Shown here: positions 34,630 through 37,628 of the stretch, piece by piece
Layout: each line of letters starts with the position of its first letter
Numbering within the stretch: the stretch's first letter is position 1
Virus record (IMG/VR): IMGVR_UViG_3300027892_001207
Location: 1-37,628 of that record
DNA length: 37,628 nucleotides
Origin: a virus
Taxonomy: Duplodnaviria > Caudoviricetes
Direction: 5' to 3' (one strand)
Notes under the pieces: generated by a model
The model's database searches: none
The model's input: only the letters and a program-made list of their open reading frames with translations
Told to the model about the DNA's origin: nothing
Program-made: the position numbers and the translations under genes

Positions 34630-34962
34630 ATGGCAAAGAAAAAAATCAACAATGCTTATATGGCATATTTTGATACTTTAGGTTTTGAATGGATCTTTAA
34701 TATTTCTGACTACGAAAAGAAAAAGTTCTGGGCTGTGATCAAAGGTGACGAAAAGGTTGACTTCCCCATACCCAGACATGCTATACTAAGAGCACAAGCT
34801 AACCCGCAGAGATTTCCGGAAATTTGGGCATTCGAAAGTGAGATTAGTTTAAAAGAACTACAGATTTATTCCGAAGAAGCTCCGCAAGCTCTCGCAGATG
34901 CGATTCGAGGTTGCGGCCAGAATGTTTTTAAAACACATAAAAATGAAAGTGTGATAGCATGA
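34630..34962 (+). CDS. hypothetical protein
   Basis: Start MAKKKIN follows a GAGG RBS; ATGA overlap with the next gene. Confidence 0.65.
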   Translation: MAKKKINNAYMAYFDTLGFEWIFNISDYEKKKFWAVIKGDEKVDFPIPRHAILRAQANPQRFPEIWAFESEISLKELQIYSEEAPQALADAIRGCGQNVFKTHKNESVIA

Positions 34963-35399
34963 AAATTGGACTAAGTTATAGTCGTTGCGTTCGAGATATT
35001 GTAGACGGTGTTGTGAATATTGATGATGTCCTAGTTGTCATTGCACGTACAGATTTCGATCCGCATGATGACGATCAATGGAAGGGCATTTGGATTGGTT
35101 ACGGTGGTGGCACAGAAAATGCCTACAGTCAAGGATTTTTTAGCCAAAGTAATCCGGAGTGGGCTGGCTACATGGATGAGGATCGATTCCGTAGTGTCAG
35201 TATTGAACTTTGGGAAACTGGTAAACTACATCAGCCACGCAAGTTTAACGCACACCCCCGCCGCCGTCCGGAAATTTGGTTAGAAGCAGTATTGCCAAAT
35301 ACAGAGCTTGCTAAGAATCCTGCGGCCAAAGCCGCTTGGGATAAGTTTCAAACTATTGCAAGTTTGACCAACGTAGAACTTGATGAAAGTTATAAATGA
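34959..35399 (+). CDS. hypothetical phage protein, 146 aa
   Basis: MKIGLSYSRCVRDIVDG...GKLHQPR; coupled on both sides. Confidence 0.7.
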   Translation: MKIGLSYSRCVRDIVDGVVNIDDVLVVIARTDFDPHDDDQWKGIWIGYGGGTENAYSQGFFSQSNPEWAGYMDEDRFRSVSIELWETGKLHQPRKFNAHPRRRPEIWLEAVLPNTELAKNPAAKAAWDKFQTIASLTNVELDESYK

Positions 35400-35659
35400 G
35401 ATTAGTTGTTATTTTGTTGTTGAGTGTGCTGGTAGGTTGCACAGATGCCAAACCCACTAATAAAATGCTCACCTACGAGCAGTTAGTTGATTATCCGGCC
35501 GACTGTGAAAAGTCCAAAGAACAACTAGAACAATTAAGATATATCCAAAAAGTAAAAAACTTTAATCAAGACTTAGACAAGTTAAATGAAGATGATCGGG
35601 CTTACAACAGCAGATTAAAAGCAACCATTTGGTGGTACACTTACAGGTGCGAACAATGA
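35396..35659 (+). CDS. putative lipoprotein
   Basis: Lipobox LVGC after a hydrophobic leader. Confidence 0.65.
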   Translation: MRLVVILLLSVLVGCTDAKPTNKMLTYEQLVDYPADCEKSKEQLEQLRYIQKVKNFNQDLDKLNEDDRAYNSRLKATIWWYTYRCEQ

Positions 35660-36003
35660 AAAAGTTTATTCCAATTTTGTTCTTGTTAGCTTCTAATGTT
35701 TGGGCTAACGATTGTGTGATTAAATCTGCTTCAATTGAGCGTGACGGTGACATTAGTACCGAAACGATTACCGTCTGTGCTAACGGCACAGTGCCTTTAA
35801 CCAAAGTTAAAGTAGGCGATACTATTTTGGAAAACGAAATTGGACAAGCCAATACCAAAGTAGGTTACTTTAAATGGAAAAACTCTAAATGCAGATTGTT
35901 TACCGAACGGCTAACCGAAAAAGGTAAACTACGTGTGAATCACGGAGTCATGTGTCAAGTTGACAACAGTCATGACAATTGGCTAATTATTGATAAATGG
36001 TAA
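35656..36003 (+). CDS. putative secreted protein
   Basis: Signal peptide MKKFIPILFLLASNVWA; four Cys. Confidence 0.6.
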   Translation: MKKFIPILFLLASNVWANDCVIKSASIERDGDISTETITVCANGTVPLTKVKVGDTILENEIGQANTKVGYFKWKNSKCRLFTERLTEKGKLRVNHGVMCQVDNSHDNWLIIDKW

Positions 36004-36012
36004 AATTAATTG

Positions 36013-36041
36013 TTGACATTCGAGTACTAGTACGTTATAAT
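36013..36041 (+). promoter_or_regulatory. consensus sigma70 promoter
   Basis: TTGACA (36013-36018), 17 nt, TATAAT (36036-36041). Confidence 0.85.
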
Positions 36042-36076
36042 ACTAACATGCACAACACACACAGAAAGGCATTTAT

Positions 36077-36205
36077 ATGAAGGCATTCATAATAGGCACA
36101 ATCTTTGGACTAGTTCTAGCTACTGTTGGTTTCAGCGGTATTGCTCGAATGTTGGACCGAGGCGTAGACACAGTTAAAACACAGAGTCAGGAGATGGCAA
36201 AATGA
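36077..36205 (+). CDS. small membrane protein, 42 aa (not in ORF track)
   Basis: MKAFIIGTIFGLVLATVGFSGIARMLDRGVDTVKTQSQEMAK; GAAAGG RBS. Confidence 0.6.
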   Translation: MKAFIIGTIFGLVLATVGFSGIARMLDRGVDTVKTQSQEMAK

Positions 36206-36327
36206 AAATTTTCGTAGCACTTATTTTGGTTATTAACTTAGCCGCATGTTCAACCGTATCAGGAATCGGCAAAGACATTTCGTCTGGTGCTGAGTGGTCT
36301 AAAGAAAAGATTGGAAAAGCATTATGA
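36202..36327 (+). CDS. entericidin EcnA/B-like small lipoprotein, 41 aa (not in ORF track)
   Basis: MKIFVALILVINLAAC-STVSGIGKDISSGAE matches the entericidin pattern C-x-T-x-x-G-x-G-K-D-I. Confidence 0.7.
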   Translation: MKIFVALILVINLAACSTVSGIGKDISSGAEWSKEKIGKAL

Positions 36328-36893
36328 AAAAAACTCTATTGTTAATCCCTATTGTTGCTATGTTAGCGGCATGTGGTACAACTGACCCGTATATGAAACG
36401 TGCCGACCAGGAACGTAAATACGAAGAAACTGCCAAAGAAAAGGCTATTGATGAAATGCCAGATTGGTATTCAAAAGTGCCTACAAGTGCTTCGGCTATC
36501 TATGCCGCAGGTATGGGACAAGCCGATACAATTGAAATGGCTGTGACTAGTGCTACCACTGCCGCTAAAGCAAAGATCTGTTATAGTGCAGATGGTAACG
36601 TAACGAGTCAGACTAAAGACTTTGCCACTGGCAGAAGTTCAACTAGTTCAATTGAACGTGTTACTAGAACTAACTGTAATAACGTAAGCATTGCCGGTTA
36701 CGAGTTTGCAGAGATTAAAGGAAAGAATCCTAAGATCGTCCGGACTGGTAATAACTTTACTGCTTATGTTCTTGTAGCGTTGCCTACAGGCGATGCTAAT
36801 GTTCAACGTAAGTATATCGATAACCGCAAACGTGATGAGCGTGAACAAGCTCGTGCTACAGAAGCGTTTAAAGAACTGCCTAAGGTGCAGTAA
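36324..36893 (+). CDS. lipoprotein (LPP20-like)
   Basis: Lipobox LAAC; PDWY...IYAAGMG...A...AKAKI and C-terminal YVLVALP. Confidence 0.65.
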   Translation: MKKTLLLIPIVAMLAACGTTDPYMKRADQERKYEETAKEKAIDEMPDWYSKVPTSASAIYAAGMGQADTIEMAVTSATTAAKAKICYSADGNVTSQTKDFATGRSSTSSIERVTRTNCNNVSIAGYEFAEIKGKNPKIVRTGNNFTAYVLVALPTGDANVQRKYIDNRKRDEREQARATEAFKELPKVQ

Positions 36894-37018
36894 TGGTATT
36901 TCTAGAGGTGGTGGTATACGGTTTCTTTACAGCATTTGGTTGGTGGGGTGCAAATCATTATGTGATTGAACCCTACTTGCCTCCCCCTATCGAACGTAAG
37001 AAAGAAGAATCAAAATGA
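36893..37018 (+). CDS. small membrane protein, 41 aa (not in ORF track)
   Basis: MVFLEVVVYGFFTAFGWWGANHYVIEPYLPPPIERKKEESK; TAATG and ATGA coupling. Confidence 0.55.
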   Translation: MVFLEVVVYGFFTAFGWWGANHYVIEPYLPPPIERKKEESK

Positions 37019-37461
37019 TACGAGAATATATAAACATTGTAGAATCTATGGACAAGGGGATTACCGATGAGTGGTTTGCTCAAGGTAGTTTTGAAACTTA
37101 TAAACATCCTACACCAATCCATTATAAGACTGCGATTGCTAACGGAACCGTAGATACACTCGAAGGTCCAGTTGACTATCAAGCAGGGCATAAAATTATC
37201 ACAGGCCCCAAAGGGGAAAAGTATCCTGTTAGTGCAGAAAAGTTTGCCGACTATTATGACGACAACAAAGATGGTACTGCTACTCCTAAGAAGATTTTCA
37301 AACGTGCTAAACTAGCAGACCATGATGGTGTTGTTAAAGCATCATGGGGCAACTTGAACTATAAATCCGGCGAGGATGTTATCGTACGTCACGGCGAGAA
37401 TGACTATGGTGTTGTGAAGAAAGATATCTTTGCACAGACGTATGATACATCAAAGGCTTAA
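37015..37461 (+). CDS. PGDYG-family-like protein with an internal duplication
   Basis: TLEGPVDYQAGHKIITGPKGEKYPV..KFADYY and a second copy ASWGNLNYKSGEDVIVRHGENDYGVV..IFAQTY. Confidence 0.6.
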   Translation: MIREYINIVESMDKGITDEWFAQGSFETYKHPTPIHYKTAIANGTVDTLEGPVDYQAGHKIITGPKGEKYPVSAEKFADYYDDNKDGTATPKKIFKRAKLADHDGVVKASWGNLNYKSGEDVIVRHGENDYGVVKKDIFAQTYDTSKA

Positions 37462-37463
37462 CC

Positions 37464-37628
37464 ATGTTCGATTGGTTTAAAAAATCCGACTACAAGAATG
37501 TAGTACCTTTGTTTCCAGAACCAAAGGCAGTTCCGTATGTTGAGCCTCCCAACAAGGAACAAGAATATTACAGCATTGGTGTTACTAGCGAAAATCGCAT
37601 AACTTTTAAAACTGGTATATCAACGCTA
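37464..37628 (+). CDS. hypothetical protein, partial (runs off the window)
   Basis: MFDWFKKSDYKNVVPLFPEP... open to the end of the window. Confidence 0.55.
   Translation, partial: MFDWFKKSDYKNVVPLFPEPKAVPYVEPPNKEQEYYSIGVTSENRITFKTGISTL

Noticed and set aside
29567-36071. Repeated 12-mer CACAGAAAGGCA at 29567-29578 and 36060-36071
   Set aside because: Only two copies, both at ribosome-binding position, most simply a shared RBS context.
765-37191. Many short overlapping ORFs in the track (for example 765-1097, 2692-3117, 25692-26051, 29917-30213)
   Set aside because: They are antisense or alternative-frame shadows of well-supported genes, with no recognisable motifs.
1-37628. Stop-codon reassignment, as in some large phages
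   Set aside because: Standard-code ORFs tile the window with full-length domains, and TAA, TAG and TGA all end genes at sensible positions.
1-37628. CRISPR array, integrase, transposon, intron or intein
   Set aside because: No spaced direct repeats, recombinase motifs or interrupted genes seen by eye.

Overview
This window looks like part of a large dsDNA phage genome, probably T4-like or jumbo, with a Gram-negative host. The evidence is dense genes with overlapping stop/start codons, consensus sigma70 promoters, a recurring (A)TAAATA late-promoter-like motif, a tail-fibre-like gene, a phage-borne IF-1 and small lipoproteins. The centre (3454-29401, about 26 kb) is an almost gap-free cluster of 28 predicted tailoring enzymes in five alternating-strand operons. 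It holds 11 radical SAM enzymes (2 cobalamin-binding type, 1 with a Tes/MJ0619-like N-terminal metal ribbon, 8 with SPASM/Twitch-like Cys-rich domains) and about 9 Fe(II)/2OG or cupin oxygenases. It also holds 2 QueC-like PP-loop enzymes, 2 degenerate kinase-fold proteins, 2 methyltransferases, and one each of GNAT, SDR, PLP-dependent and SGNH-like proteins. The left border is a Gly/Thr/Asn-rich repeat fibre protein, a candidate substrate. The right border is a 118-nt tRNA-like RNA whose anticodon arm is replaced by a helix resembling the 23S rRNA sarcin-ricin loop. All functional calls come from motif recognition by eye; no database searches were run.
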